Shown here: one piece after another, positions 13,290 to 31,670 of the stretch
Layout: each line of letters opens with the position of its first letter
How positions within the stretch are numbered: position 1 is the stretch's first letter
Source of the DNA: Eledone cirrhosa
Taxonomy: Eukaryota
Reading direction: 5' to 3'
DNA: 64,000 bases
Assembly (NCBI GenBank): GCA_964016885.1
Contig: OZ024742.1
Span: 61,442,001-61,506,000, forward strand
Notes under the pieces: generated by a model
What the model saw: only the letters and a program-made list of their open reading frames with translations
Told to the model about the DNA's origin: nothing
Database searches by the model: none
Position numbers and translations under genes: made by a program

Positions 13290-15271
13290 CATGTAACAAA
13301 AAAATGTTTTTTTTCTGTTCCTTGTTTGTAATCACTTTTTTGTGTTGCTTAGGTCCCAAATAAATAAAAAAAGTGATATTAAACAGTTAAAAGTTTGGGT
13401 TTGTAAAAATTCTAAGCTATTCACCAGAATTATTTGTATGCTGGATTTTACGTTGTATGTAAGTTTAATTTGCTTATGTTAAATGATTTTATTATATATG
13501 TTTCAGGTTAAATTAAAATTATAAAATAAAGGATAATACCTAAAGAAAATTATAAAAGTGCAATAAAGTATAAAATTGTTAAAAAGTGGACTAAAGAGAT
13601 TTATTGATACTGGTTTTTCGCACCCTGAATAAAGGGTAAGTTGTGTTTTAAGCACGAATTTTCATTAGTATGATTAGTGTTCTTTTATATTATTTAAATA
13701 TGTATTTCCCTTTCCAATATTTATTTTGTATTGCATATCAAATTTATTTTCCAAGACAAGTATTCTGATGAAGAGGAGGAGATGGATGCTGAGGACTTGG
13801 ATTACCTGCCTGAGGTACCAGAAAAAGTTCCTCATTTCCCAAACCAAAAAGAAGTCAATGACTTGGTCAGGGATATGGGTCTGACCAAGTCCAATGCAGA
13901 GCTATTCGTCTCCAGGATGAAGCAGTGGAACTTGGTCAAGGAGGAAGTGCAGGTGACAAGTCAGAGAAGTCGACACGAACCTTTCTCAGGCTTTTACACT
14001 CTTAGGGATGGCCTCTGCCTCTGCCATGACGGGCCTGGACTGTTTGACGTTATTGGGATGCCTTTGTGCCCAAGGAGTGGTGGCTATTTATAGACAGCTC
14101 CACCACAAGTTTGAGGGCTGTCCTCCTCCACAATGGAAACAACTTCCCGACACTGCCCCTAGCTCATTCAGTCTGCCTGAAGGAAGATTACTACAGTGTG
14201 AAAGTCCTCTTGGAAGCTCTGCAATACAACCAGTACAATTGGAAAATCATTGGAGACTTCAAGATGGTGGCTTTCTTGCTTGGACTCCTAGGACGCTTTA
14301 TCAAATTCCAATGCTTCCTCTACCTTTGGGACAGCAGAGCCACCTCTGACCACTACAAAAGAAAGAACTCGGAGCAGCGAACAGAATTTGTAGTTGCGAC
14401 CCGGAACGCCATGTGGAAGCCACTGGTTGATCCCAGGATTGTGCACATGCCGCCACTGCACATTAAGTTGGGGTTGATGAAGCAGTTTGTGAAGGCTCTC
14501 AACCAAGAATCAGGCGCTTTCAGTACCTTCTTGAGTTCTTCCCCAAGTTATCTGAGGCCAAAATCAAAGGTGGAATTTTTGTTGGACCTCAGATAAAGAA
14601 GGTGTTTGAGTCTACCGAGTTCTCCAATAAGCTCAATAAGATTGAGAGAACAGCATGGAACTGTTTCAATGCAATAATTATTAAGGGCTTCCTGGGCAAC
14701 TACAGAGCTTAAAACTACCAGCAACTGGTGCAGGATCTGATAAAGGCTTTTGGCGCCATGGGATGCAGGATGTCGCTTAAACTCCATATGCTGGACGCTC
14801 ACCTGGAAAAATTCAAGGACAATATGGGCGCCTACTCAGAAGAACAAGGCGAACGATTCCACCATGATGTGAAAGAGATAGAGCGGAGGTACCAGTGTCA
14901 CTACAATGAAAAAATGATGGGGGACTATATCTGCGGGAATGCGACCTGGACTACAACCGCAAATCCAGGAAATCCAGTCATTTCTGACGTGTATAAGTTG
15001 CTTTATGAGTGTTATTTGTTTTTACTTGTTTGCTTTTGATAAGCTTGTGTAATAAAATAAATATATACTCTGTTGATTTAATTATATGAACTGATACATT
15101 TTTTTTAAATGTGTTTTTTTTCTTGAAAAATATGAAAATTTCGAAATATAAAACTCCTGACCACAAACCCAAACTTCTGATTAAATAATAGTGTTTTTTT
15201 TATAATAATGGGATATAACAAACCATGAAATGACACTTAGAACCGGGGAACAAAAAATATGTTACACGGTG
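13290..15271 (+). mobile_element. Chapaev3-like (CACTA/EnSpm superfamily) DNA transposon
   Basis: Termini ca[..]tgtaac...tgttcc / ggaaca...gttacacggtg; 3-bp TTA TSD at 13287-13289 and 15272-15274; transposase remnant inside. Confidence 0.8.
13757..14990 (+). pseudogene. Chapaev3-like transposase, frameshifted, with internal stop
   Basis: NDLVRDMGLTK, WLFIDSS, LLHNGN, GDFKM, CFLYLWDSR, PPLHIKLGLMKQFVKAL, MSLKLH, SEEQGERFH spread over several frames. Confidence 0.85.
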
Positions 15272-15282
15272 TTATTTATGTA

Positions 15283-15600
15283 AGGCGGGATGGTGCGTGT
15301 CCTGGTGGTGATAGCGTTAGGCTCACCCTAGTGAGGTCTTACATTCCATTCCCGGCGGGGCATTATGCACTTGAGCAAGACACTTTTTCCACGTTTCCCC
15401 AGTCTACTCAGTCAGTAAAAACACGTTGTATCTGTAATTCAAAAACATCGAGTCGTGTCACTCATTGTGCCCGGTTGAATCTCCATGAAAAATACGTTAA
15501 GTGTATAATTTTCGTAGAATAACCTGCCACGTACACATCAAATTCATGGAAAGACTATTCACTTACTCCAGTAACTGGAGCACTTGTCCTCGGAACCGAC
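15283..15600 (+). mobile_element. Degenerate tRNA-derived SINE (second family)
   Basis: tRNA-like head, cttgagcaagacactt core; homologous to 48590-48908 (-). Confidence 0.55.
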
Positions 15601-18224
15601 TGTCTTCCAACAAGAACAATATATGTGAGTTATCTCATATCGCATAGTTTTCCTTAGTTCTTTGCATAAACTCTGAGGTTGTGGTATTGATACGCCAAAA
15701 AATGTATATACTGTTGTATCTGTTTCGTTTTTGTTTTTCTTCCCGCATGCAGATGGCTTCGGTAACTTATCTGACTACCGAATCCTGTAGGTGTTGTAGG
15801 TGGGTGTTGAGAATTTCTAAATCGCACCACATGATGAATCCTTAATGAAGAACTTTCTATCTCTATTGTTCTTGTTTACCCCACAGCCATTCCAGATCCA
15901 GTCAACTTGTGGTCAAATTTATTTCATCTGTAATTATCTCCGATTGTGTTTAGACAAAGTGTATCGAAGATGTCATTCTTCAATGTATCCGTCTTATTTC
16001 AAGATGAAAATACTTTTTTGTTTAAAGGGGTTGTGGACGTTGCTTGAATAATGTGATTTTAGATGCAATTGGCGTTTTATGAACGAAAAACTAAATAATT
16101 ATGGGTCTATCTGAGCATTTTATATTATAGGTATGCTCGATCAGGGCTAAGCTGAAGCTACAGAACAATTACTTGCTACTTGACAAATATAAAAATTTGC
16201 TGGACAACACTGTACAGGCATTACTGTATTGCACAACAAATGTGCATTTTGGTCCTCAACGAGATGGAGTTATGGATTGAACCTAGTCCTCTGGCTAACT
16301 ACGTTCTATAACTGGTTTACTAAATAAGGGTTGATTTGAGGCTACATGTCAATTACATTACAATGATGTGAAAATCTACTTTAAATCCACCTGTTACCCA
16401 CTTATTCTAATATCATGACAACTTTGGTCCAAACTTTAACTTTAAATACTTTAAATGAAATCTCCAATCAACTCTTGACAAAAATTGAATTGCTTCTCGA
16501 CTATAACTTAAGGCCATACTGCTCTAGATTTAAAACTATATTCCTCTAAACCTAAATTCCTCTCAATTTAAACCTGCATTCCTGTTAGTATTAGCCTACA
16601 TTCCTTCTCATTTGTTTTTCGGATGAAATATTTGCACCATTATAGAAATAGTTTCCATTGTAAAACTTTCAGGATAAGTGATGTGAAAACCTTTCACTCA
16701 ATCACCGCAATCATATTGCAGCTTTCAAGCCCAACACTTTAAATGATTTAAATAAAATCGCAAATGAACGCTTTACAACAAGCAAATTATTTCGCAACTT
16801 AAACCTATATTTCTCTGAACTAGTATTCCTCTCTCGACCTACATATATATTCCTTGTCTTTCCTGGCATTTTTATTTGTAATGTTAGAGAAACAAAAAAT
16901 ATATAAAAAATAATAATGTTTTCCATTCTAAAACTTTTCAGCCATCATAAGCTCTGTACTTTTACCGAATATATTTCGATTTGTTACAGATCATTTTGAA
17001 AGTTCTAATAACACTATTGATTATCTCATTACTCAAATGTCTTTGTGACAGTTACCGAAAAGCAGTGGCTCTGGAACAATATCATTTTCCATTTTATGTA
17101 GACCTCTTTCAATTTAAAGTCATAAATCATCAGAAGAAAAATAAGCAATATGATCCCCATAACCTAACATATAGAAATACATACATATACACGGACACTC
17201 ACGCACAAGCACCACACACACACACCCTACAAACTCAAATATATATATAAACATACTACTAGCAAAGGCAGTGAAGATATCGCTTAAAATGTATTTCCGT
17301 TTTAGACTTTCGGGATGGAAATATCAGATAAGTCCATTATACAGACATAATCTTAATTCAACTTCTAAACTAAATCTATCTTGTAACTCATGTACTTTCT
17401 ATTATATTTAAAGCACAATTTTGTTTATTCATGTATACTTTTAATCATTTATTTATTTATTTAATCCAATAATTTCTTCCAATACCTTTATCTAACTTGG
17501 AACAATTTATATCCTACAACAACAAGGGCTGGTTAAATCAATTTGCAACATTTTACTGTAGAATATTATTATTTCGTTTTGACAAGCCAAATGTTCGCTG
17601 TTTGCTGGTAGAGCGAAGATTGCTAAGTAAGCTCTACGTTTGTATCCAACTTTCGATTGTGGTAACATCATAGGTGTGATATGAGCGGACGAAGGACTCA
17701 GTCTATAATCACTCAATATTCTAGAAGAGCAGCGAAATTTCCTACGAATCACACCGTATTGTTAAAAAAAATGATATAATTTTGTATTTGTCTAATAGTA
17801 TGGCTTTAACCCCTTGCGGAAAACAACTTTGGGGAAAACGTCATCGACGACAATATAAGCCTCATGAGGATGTGATTTAGGTTTGCAGAGTCTTTAGAGC
17901 TTAGGATAAAGTCCATTATGCTGCTCTTCTGGCTCTCTGTGTTCTAAGTTCAACTAGCTTTTCATTCGTTTGGATTGGCGGATTGGCGGAATTGTTTGAG
18001 CGTTGTACGAGATGCTTTGTGAGGTGTTTTCTTAACTTTTGTTGACAGTGTTATCGTCTTGACTATATATGCTCTAACTTCTTATTTTTCAGAGTTTTAT
18101 TATCATTTCAACATTACTAATTTCTATTTCAATATATTAAGCCCTATTGTGACAATAGAATTAATAAAAAAAAAAAAAAGATAAATATTCTTTTAGTAGA
18201 TAAAACTGTCTGTTTTGTCGTTTA

Positions 18225-18362
18225 TATGCCATTGATGTTAGAATGTAGGACAAAATGTTTTACAATATGTATTCCAGCTCTCTGATTTCTGAGTCCAAAT
18301 CCTGGCGAGGTCCAATTTTGCCAGTTATCTATTCAGAATCAATAAAATAAAAGACCAGTCAT
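18225..18362 (+). mobile_element. Degenerate SINE
   Basis: ctgagtccaaatcctggcgaggtc...aataaaataaaagaccagtc matches the 29046 SINE family. Confidence 0.5.
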
Positions 18363-19272
18363 TGTTGGGGGGGGGGGTCTTAATTTCACCCAACACAGTG
18401 GCTTTAAGCCCTTATGAGTTTAATTTGGCCACTGGGTGCTTACAGTTAAAGGAAAGAGAAATTGTTTCTGATTTTGTAATATGTTTCTAATGCATTATAT
18501 AATCCAGCACGATTCTGGAACTATGCGTGCCGGAAATCTGAGTGACTAACTCTCTTCATATGATGTTCCCTAAGATATATTTTCCAATTTAATGTAGTTT
18601 ACTCTCAGAAGCTTATTGTTGCTATTTATTCCTAATATAATAGTTCCCATTTAACGTCTTTGAACTGTGAGAAGGCTGCGACAGTCTCTTTCAAATCAAA
18701 CAAAGCTAAAGCATTGAATACGTTCCAATTACGTTCAAAATACTTTTGAAAAAACGCAAAAGTTCAAGTCGTTTGACTCGTCTATAAGAAATATATTTGA
18801 ATGCATTGGCTGATTGTAGCTAGACATTGTGACAACACAAATATTATGTGTTTGTTTTATACAACATTTTGTAATACTATTCAATGTCTTTCACAAGATG
18901 TTCAGCCTCGATTGCGAAGTTTCCCAAGTGCAAAATTCTTAACACGTTAAACATCTACAAATGAATGGCTATATTTAGTTAGGTGTAAAATTAGAGACCA
19001 ACATTAAACATGAAAACATTGAATAATGTAAAATTAGGAATTGATATTATACATGAAAACATTATGCAATGGATTTTAACTGAATATTTATTTCATTTAA
19101 AATTGTTCTCTTCAACAAACAAATATCAATCGAATATTTTGAATGAATATCAAACAGTATTTCAATAGAATATGTCTCCTATTAGAATGAATACATAATT
19201 TGCGAAATTGTTATGGACCGGCACAGCAAAAACATTCTATGATCGCAAAATTGCATACACACGTAGACATAC

Positions 19273-19326
<54 letters not shown>

Positions 19327-19381
19327 CTGTATATATAAATATAGATATATGTGCATTTATGTATTTATGTGCATGTATATA

Positions 19382-19460
<79 letters not shown>

Positions 19461-19499
19461 TGATATATAGTTAAAGTGTACATAACATGTATCTTGTCT

Positions 19500-20060
19500 T
19501 CATTGTTGTATTCATAAAAGCTGCAACATTTTCACCAATAGTGTCTTCGCCGTATACTCGGTGTCTATTGGCTTTCGCATACGAGTAACGTTGAAGCGCT
19601 GAAACAAAAATATTTTGAAAGCATTGAATCTTTCATGATTCAACATAGATTACGCTGAAGCGGCCATATTGCAAGAATCCCAGATCATCGTATTCCTAAA
19701 TTGTTTCTGTAGAGGGATCAAGACGTAAATTAAAACTAGAGTATAAAGAATTATGGTAATGTCAAATATAAGAGACTATATCTGGAAAGACATTTCCTTA
19801 GATCGACATCTTGGAGAAAAACAGTGTTTAATGGAAAACAAAAATGTGAAAACTCATGTGGAGCATGAAAAATTGAAGTGGGCCTTCAATATTTTGCTCA
19901 TAATGACTTTTTGTGCAATGAATGTAGTGGAGGTTGTCTCAGTAACGTTGGTCTAAAATTCCATCGGAAAAGACATGTAAAAGATGTTATTGTCCATTAT
20001 GATCTCTTTAGCATTTATTTCCGTCAGGGCTGTGAAAACAGAGTATATCAATCAGTGGAC
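19500..20060 (+). mobile_element. Old RTE/BovB-like LINE 3' fragment
   Basis: C-terminal zinc finger FLCNECSGGCLSNVGLKFHRKRH; upstream part heavily disrupted. Confidence 0.45.
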
Positions 20061-20391
20061 ATTTGAAAGTTCATCAAAACAACAGTGAACCAAAGTGGGA
20101 ACACCATTCAATGCTGTATCATATACAGAAAGGAAGGTAGATCCATGGGAGGGTTAATGAGTAATGTTCGCGCTACCCATGAGTGAGACAATGATCAATA
20201 TATCTATATATAATATATATATACATATATAGATGATCCCGCTTTAGGGTGAGAGCAGAAATTGCTTAAACTTTGAACATGTGCTAATAATAGATATTTG
20301 CTCTAAGTGTTTATTTATATACTTATATATATACAACCCTTATCTCTGGATTTTAGTCTTTGTATTTATTATTACTAATATATATATGTGT

Positions 20392-20491
<100 letters not shown>

Positions 20492-22974
20492 ACCCAAAGT
20501 GAGAGAGATGAAAAAATATTGTGTTGAGTTGAAATCTGATAAATTAAATATAAAGAAAGGAGTGCGGAATGGGACGAAATACAAATAGTCATGACTATTT
20601 AGGAACGGACGAAAGTAACTGGGAACGTGAAAGACATCTATTCTAAACAATGGTTTCCTAATTTGGAAGTGTTGCCATGGTAGGACTCTAAGCTATGCTT
20701 TCCCGAAAAGTAGTCGGAGAGGATTAGAATTTCCTTTGTATTCGTTATGTCTATTACATTAATCAGTTTTCTGTCGCTCGTGTTTGTCTTTTCATCATAA
20801 CTTTCCCCCATAATGTTGTAATGGCCACTTTTATAGTGAATTAATTCATAATTTTAGTAAATGCTTCTAAATTCTTCATTGATTAATTTAAATAAAGTGT
20901 ATTTGATTAGAAAAATGGTCACGAAAGGATTAATAATTTTGTCCAGGAGAAGAAATTAAACTGGCAGCGTACCCAAGTTATAATTCCAAACTGATATCAG
21001 ATTGTTTGCAATCTACGTGAGAAAATCAGATAGGATTTTCAAAGTTCCATATGAAATCACTATTATGAAAATGTTATGTAGAGAGAAAAATTTGTATGGA
21101 AGAGTCTATTTATAATACGCTATAATTATCAGGTATGTATATAGTAATGAAGATACACAGTATCTAATACGAATGTCACGAGAAAAGGTTAAAATCTATT
21201 TTTGAGAGGCTGCCGCCGATATAGATAATACCATTTGCTAAAGAAAGACATGATATTGGAATTTAAATGTTTGATATTTATAGAATATACTTTATCCGAT
21301 TTACGGTTTATATAGCAAATATTATAATAAAGAGTTTCTCTCAATAAGAACTGACATTTTCACCTGAATACACCATTTAGCGAATGCTATGAAGTTGTAT
21401 CCTTCTGAAGCACTGGGGCTATATTTATTCCTACATTTATATCGAAATATAAAACACAAAGAAAATACATTCAACGTACCTCAGTGATTTGAAAAAGGAC
21501 CAATTATGAATCAAAAACTCATTACCTATTATACTGAAATTATTACAGTATACGAAAAATGTCTCGTTTTGGTTTCTACAGTTGATTTCATATGATACTA
21601 GGGTCGTGTCCTATTTATAAACTCATTAGTCTTTTTCCTTCCCGCTGCAAAATGTTTCTGGTTAATTTTATCAGTTCTTTCGAAGAATCGGAATCCAACT
21701 ATGGCTTTAAACATTACTAATTTATACATTCATTAATTTATTTTTATTTTTAAATTTAAATATATTAAAATCCTTCTTTAAACAGCCAAGAAAGTGATAG
21801 AAAGATGAATAAGGATTTATAGGTTGATGCGATTTTTAATTACTTACAACAGTAATTCCTAACATGGGCGCTACCCTAACCTTGTGGGCGTTCGAGACTT
21901 AATAGTAGCAATATTGTGATATGGGAAAGTTCCAAGGGAAGGAGAGATGGGTGAGGAAAGTTTTAATAAATAAATATTATCAGCTGCACTTCAAACTGTC
22001 AATCTTAGTTATTTAATTATTGTTCACATAAAATAAAAAAAAAATATTAAAGTTTAATTTATAAACTATATTTTACATCAAATTTACAGTAGCTGATTAA
22101 AGGCCGTTTGCTGAATCGCATTTTGGAGCTTGAGAAAACTTGGCTGGTTCACCTGGGCAGAGATGTTTGGTGCTGAAAGACAAGAAACACCTTATGGACA
22201 CAAGTCACATCACTGATGACGCGTTCTGGCCTATATTGCATATACATTAGAGTGGATTGGGGGCACAAATGGAATACAACACGGGTACTGAAAGGAAATT
22301 ATCCTCAGACAGGAAATTAAATGTACAAAACGATCAGTTGGTGGTGTTAAACTGGACGACGGTTTAAGTATATCACCATTGTTGGGTATCAGGACATTCA
22401 AAATCTTTAACATATTTTTTTTTGGGGGGGGGGGGGGGGGGGGCATGAATGTATAGCTTAGTTTGCAAATAAATAAAATACGTTTTCTAGGACCGGTGAA
22501 TTCATTTATAATGAGGTGACGTCTACATTTGGTTTGAGCGGTAATTGTTCCGGCTCTTTGAATTGTAAGCTGAAATCTCACCGAAGTTAACATCTCTCTC
22601 TCTATCTATCTAGCTAGCTATCTTTCTCTATCTCGCCCTCTTCGTCCCCCCCCCCTCTCTCCCTCTCTGGCTTTATCCCTCTTTCTTGACTGCACTGTGC
22701 CTCGAGAAGAGTTGTAGATATAGCCAGAAATTGCAAAAGATTATGTAGGTATCAGATACCAATAATTCCGCAAAAAAATAATGTTATACTTGTTGATAAA
22801 GTTTTCATTGGGATGAGATATTCACTTCCACTTAGTTTTATATACATATATTTTATTCTGGTGGTCCTTGTGTTTTTGTAACAGTGGTTGTTATGGAGGT
22901 GAAGTAACATCATCAATAATAATACAATACAATCAACATCAATAAAAACGAGAATAACTACAATGATTACACAC

Positions 22975-23558
<584 letters not shown>

Positions 23559-24195
23559 ATTTCGTTTCTGAATTTGTTTAGCAAGATTCTTTATCTGAAA
23601 TCGTGTGTTGAAACCGATATTGTTATACTTTGGGAGGGTTATACTTTGGGAGTGTGTGACGAAAGGACTATGACTATATATAAACAACTATCTGGTTGTA
23701 GAACCAACCAACCAACCAGAAATTTATAAGTTTGTAAATTTGTAAATTTATAAATTTATAAATATATAATAAATTGAAGTGAAAGCAACTGGTGCGTGTG
23801 TTTCTTATTGGCAACATGACCCTCCCAAAGTATAACAATATATATATATATGTATATATATATGTATATATATATGTATATGTATATATATATATTTCGT
23901 TTCTGAATTTGTTTAGCAAGATTCTTTATCTGAAAACGTGTGTTGAAACCGATATTGTTATACTTTGGGAGGGTCATGTTACCAATAAGAAACACACGCA
24001 CCAGTTGTTTTCACTTCAATTTATTATAATAAATTTATAAATTTCCGGTTGGTTGGTAGGTTCCACAACCAGATGATTGTTTATATAATATCAAAGTTCT
24101 TTCGTCACACATTCTGTGACTTCTTCAGTGACTGGGGATTCTTTTCTTTGTTTTTGTGCCTCTCCTTTGTTCTGTCCTACGCCATCTTGTTTTTG
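23559..24195. mobile_element. Family A array: three pieces in alternating orientation (-,+,-)
   Basis: 23559-23638 (-), ~23650-23840 (+), ~23893-24195 (-); hammerhead at ~24090-24132 (-). Confidence 0.85.
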
Positions 24196-27272
<3,077 letters not shown>

Positions 27273-27328
27273 CACAAAATAATCAAAAGCAAAAGACAAC
27301 CAAAATCACTGAAAACATTACTCAGCAA

Positions 27329-27705
27329 TGTCTTTCCTTTCTTCTATCCTACGCCATTTTGTTTGTGTGTGAACCCACACACAAACAAAATGGCGTAGGA
27401 TAGAAGAAAGGAAAGGCACAGAAACGAAGAAAGAAATCCCCAGTCACTGAAGAGGTCACAGAGTGTGTGACGAAAGAACTATGACTATATATATATATAA
27501 ACAACTATCTGGTTGTGGAACCAACCAACCAACCAGAAATTTATAAATTTGTAAATTTATAAATATTTAATAAATTAAATTGAAGTGAAAGCAACTGGTG
27601 CGTGTGTTTCTTATTGGCAACATGACCCTCCCAAAGTATAACAATATCGGTTTCAACACACGATTTCAGATAAAGAATCTTGCTAAACAAATTCAGAAAC
27701 GAAAT
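27329..27705 (+). mobile_element. Family A element with 5' hairpin
   Basis: IR 27329-27371/27376-27418; body matches 8672-8995. Confidence 0.85.
27442..27486 (+). ncRNA. Type-I hammerhead (family A, best copy)
   Basis: AGTCA-CTGAAGA-g-GTCACA gagtg TGTGAC-GAAA-GAAC-TA-TGACT. Confidence 0.8.
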
Positions 27706-27879
27706 ATATATATTTATGTATATGTATATATATATTTATGTATATGTATATTTATATATATATATATTTATGTATATGTATATATATATATATTTATGTA
27801 TATATATATATATATATTTATGTATATATAGTGAAAGAGTGAAAAATAACATGGTCAACACTACAAAAAGTGTTTTATT

Positions 27880-27924
<45 letters not shown>

Positions 27925-29045
27925 GTATATATATATTTATGTGTATATATATATATATATATATACATATATAAATTCTATCTGTCTCTAACGCATAAAT
28001 CTTAGTGACCTGACACATTAACCTTAAAGGTCCTACGAAATTCTGGATCTTCATAACATATTTAATATTTTTGCCTTCGGGTTGCTGTTTTTCCGGTTGC
28101 ACTATTGATGGTTATTTGTAATTCTTTATTCAATATATATATATATGTGTGTGTCAGTATGTACATGCATACACACACACACACAGACACACACACGTAG
28201 ATATATATGTAGTGAGAGAGAGAGAGGGGGGGGGAGAGAGACACACACATATATATATATATACGTCTATGCATATATAACTCATGAAAACAAACTGGAA
28301 TATACCAATACAACAATACAAAAAAACACAACCCACCACCCATCACACACCAATATAAATAAATAAATAAATAAATAAATAAAAGCCTAACAATAACAAC
28401 ACCAAAATCAGATACATTGCTTATATTGATTTTGTCTGTTTCAACAGGCCGACCAAACAGCATTCGATTTTTTTTTTTTTTTACTATTCAAATAATTTCG
28501 GGCGAATCCAAAGTTTTTCAATCTTCTGTACTGTTTTTATTGAATATCATTGAGCTTGTGTTGGCTTATTTTGATTTTCAAAATGTTCTGTGTTATTTTT
28601 CCCTTCAGTGCTTGTAATGTAATACTTTTGGGGATGGTGCCTAATTCCAATAGAATGCCGAATTCTACTAGGTATCAATGCTTCTCTATCATTGGGTGTA
28701 CATCGATTCAATTTCGATTTCAAGTCCCAAAGACGCTTGCAATATTAATCAAATCAAACTAAATCAAACTGGCGGCGGTCGATTGGTCGAGTTGTCGAAA
28801 TCCATCGGACAAAAATGCCATGCGAATTGTCTTTAAAGTTATATACAGCTATTTATATTCTCAATTGTTCAAATTACACTGAGGCCTAACTTTGTGTGTT
28901 ATCTTTCTCGGGGGGTCTATAAACTAGTCTTCCCCGTGTGTCCAAGCGCCTTTAGCTAATGGTGGAATAGTAAGAGCACTATCCGTTATCCATCTGTCCA
29001 ATACGGACTAAATTTGTACTAAACATCATCATTATTAACATCACG

Positions 29046-29575
29046 AGGGCGGTGGATTGGCAGTAGCGGTAGATCGTCGGACACCATGATTTGTAGCATA
29101 GGGGTACGGCCCTTTACGGTCTGAGTTCAAATCGCGCCGGGATTGGCTTTGCATTTTATCCTTACGAGGTCGATAAAATAACACACCAGTAATGCACTGG
29201 GGTCGATTTAATCAACTTTCCCCTCTCCCCAAATGTCTGGCCTTGTGTCTATCGTAGAAATCATTATTATCAACATCAAAGGGCGGTGGATTGGCAGTAT
29301 CGGTAGAGGGTCGGACGCCATGCTTTCCAGCATAGTTACGTCCCTTTACGATCCGAGTTCAAATCCCGCCGAGGTTGACTTTGCCTTTCATCCTTACGGG
29401 GTCGATAAAATAAAGTACCAGTAATGCACTGCGTAATTGCTGGCCTTGTGCCTAAAGTAGAAACAATTATTATCAACATCAAAGAGGGCGGTCGATTGGT
29501 AGTATCGGTAGAGTATCAGACACAAAAAAAAAAATGTTGGCCTTGTGTTAAAATCAAAAACCATTATTATCGACA
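29046..29575 (+). mobile_element. Three head-to-tail tRNA-derived SINE copies (third internally deleted)
   Basis: gggcggtggattggcagt...gagttcaaatcccgccgagg...ctttcatccttacggggtcgataaaataaagtaccag; starts at ~29046, 29281 and 29486. Confidence 0.8.
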
Positions 29576-31084
29576 TCAACGTCATCTCGAAGTAAGAAGG
29601 TAGTCCATATGTGGTCACTTATCCTGCTCAAAGTAACCGCTGAGTCCCCCTCTGGGTGTATCCTACCGTCGCATAAGAATTAACCATTATATCTGAAATA
29701 AGAAAAAAGAAAAAGATGGGGTTCTCACTGCCGAAACGTCATAAAGTTTTCTTAACTATGGTTGGCATAGGAACAAACATCAATAATCAACCATCCATCT
29801 ATGGACCCTTAACTTTGAATGGAGTCGTAAAGGTGTTCCATCGTGCCATACGATATGTCTTGGACATTTCATTTCAGTTTTGGTTACAATCGCTTCCGTT
29901 CAGAGATGCAGACCTAGGGCTAAACAACAACAATAGCAAATAGATATTAGACTGCTTGTCTTCTATATGAGAAAACAATAGTTATTAATAAATACATGGC
30001 TGCTTGTATTATATTTTATATCTGTAGTTGCTGCATAAATTTCAGGTAATTAAAAATGGAACAGACCTTTGAATCACGTCTCAGATGTCTACACATGATA
30101 GCACTAACCACCCCCTTTTACTCTCTCTTTATATATACATCAGTTTAGCTTTCTCTTTCCCTCTCTATCTCTCATCCCTCTCTCTATCCCTCTGTATGTA
30201 TGTATGTATGTATATATATATACGTGTGTGTGAGAGTGTATATATATATAACTATGTATCTTTCTCACACGCTTTGCATTTAAGTTACTCTCTCTATCCA
30301 CTCTCCCCACTATCTCTCTCTTTCTGTATATCGTTTCTATCTCTCACACCATATTCACTCTTTCTCAACAAATATTCATACAGACACACACACAAAGACA
30401 CATAGACACAGACACACATATACAAAAATAGCTACATTATCATATTATCAGCAATGTTAATGTATATTTTGAGAATCCAAAACATTAGATTTACTCTACA
30501 ATCGATAATTATTCCATACCACTGACACCAATCAACATTTTCCTTCTAATTGATAATTTGTAGTATAGACACAAGGTCTCAAATTTGGCCGTGGGAAATA
30601 TTCTGGTTATGACATTAACACTTTTGATACCAAAATGCTTTAATATGTTCCGAGTTCTATGATTCTAAGCAGTATAGTGTGGGGGCACTTACTAGAATGC
30701 TCCATTTGATTCCGGGGGTATTGTGCTCTTGGTTAGGTGCCCCCATATCAAACTAGCCAGGGATGTGTAGATCGTCATTTTCCTTTACCTAAATGATTTC
30801 ATGTACTGGGTACTTTTACCCTTGAACTCATTGAGTGTTAGGCTCATATAACTCCTCTGAAAACCGCCAAGCGGTGTGAAGGTGGTTCTCTAGATTACGA
30901 TCTTAGAGAGTGTATATCTTTCTAAAAAAAAACAATTTCCATCATAATTGTAAGAGCCTTTGTTAAGGTATGTTCCAATCCCCCTTTAATGAAGAGAAAG
31001 TTTATTTTACTAAATCCATCAAAATTCTTGATTATTTTCAAAATTATATGAAAACAGCTCAGTCAAAGAGAAGAACTCGAATAT

Positions 31085-31670
31085 ACAAACCTGGCAAACG
31101 GCGACCACAACTGTTCACGTGTTAAGAATATCTGGAGATTATTTAGAAGCAGTGCATGTCTGTGCTTCATTAGCCACGGTATGCCCAGTCCTCAGAGGAA
31201 GGAGTGTTAGCAGCAGAAAGACCACCTGACCAGTGGAAACTGTCACTTCCACCAAACGTTAAAGAGCAAGCGCTCCAATTTGGTGAGGTGCAGACTGGAG
31301 AAAGTCATGACGTTCAGGTAGTAATGGATGATGGACGCGATAACGCAGTCTAGACCCCGAGTAACTTCACCGGTCCGTCCGTCCGTCCAGCGTCCAATAA
31401 CGCTGTTGAATGGCTTGTATTTTCCTCCCCAAGTGCCAAGTTGCAATCACCGACATGTCCATGTTGATCTTTACTCCAGTCAACCTTTCATATTCTTATC
31501 AGAGGTTGCCGACCAACTCGATTTCCGAGGTGTTCGATACCATCAAGATGACGTCGTCCGCGTATGCCGACGCAACCCTTTTACTCCCTGGCTCGACCAG
31601 GATGCCTGGCAACAGCGCCAACTTTACTTCTAAGAGGTGTTCACTGTTCTACAAGACGATGCATGCTAGG
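31085..31670 (-). mobile_element. Decayed Tx1-clade LINE RT fragment
   Basis: SAYADDV; LQLGTWGGK...VIGRWTDG, homologous to the ORF2 at 60226-63444. Confidence 0.75.

Noticed and set aside
20600-22600. Unique AT-rich stretch as possible host exons or enhancer
   Set aside because: No credible ORF or splice pattern; conservation cannot be assessed without alignment
29046-29470. tRNA genes
   Set aside because: A/B-box-like heads belong to dispersed SINEs; no cloverleaf
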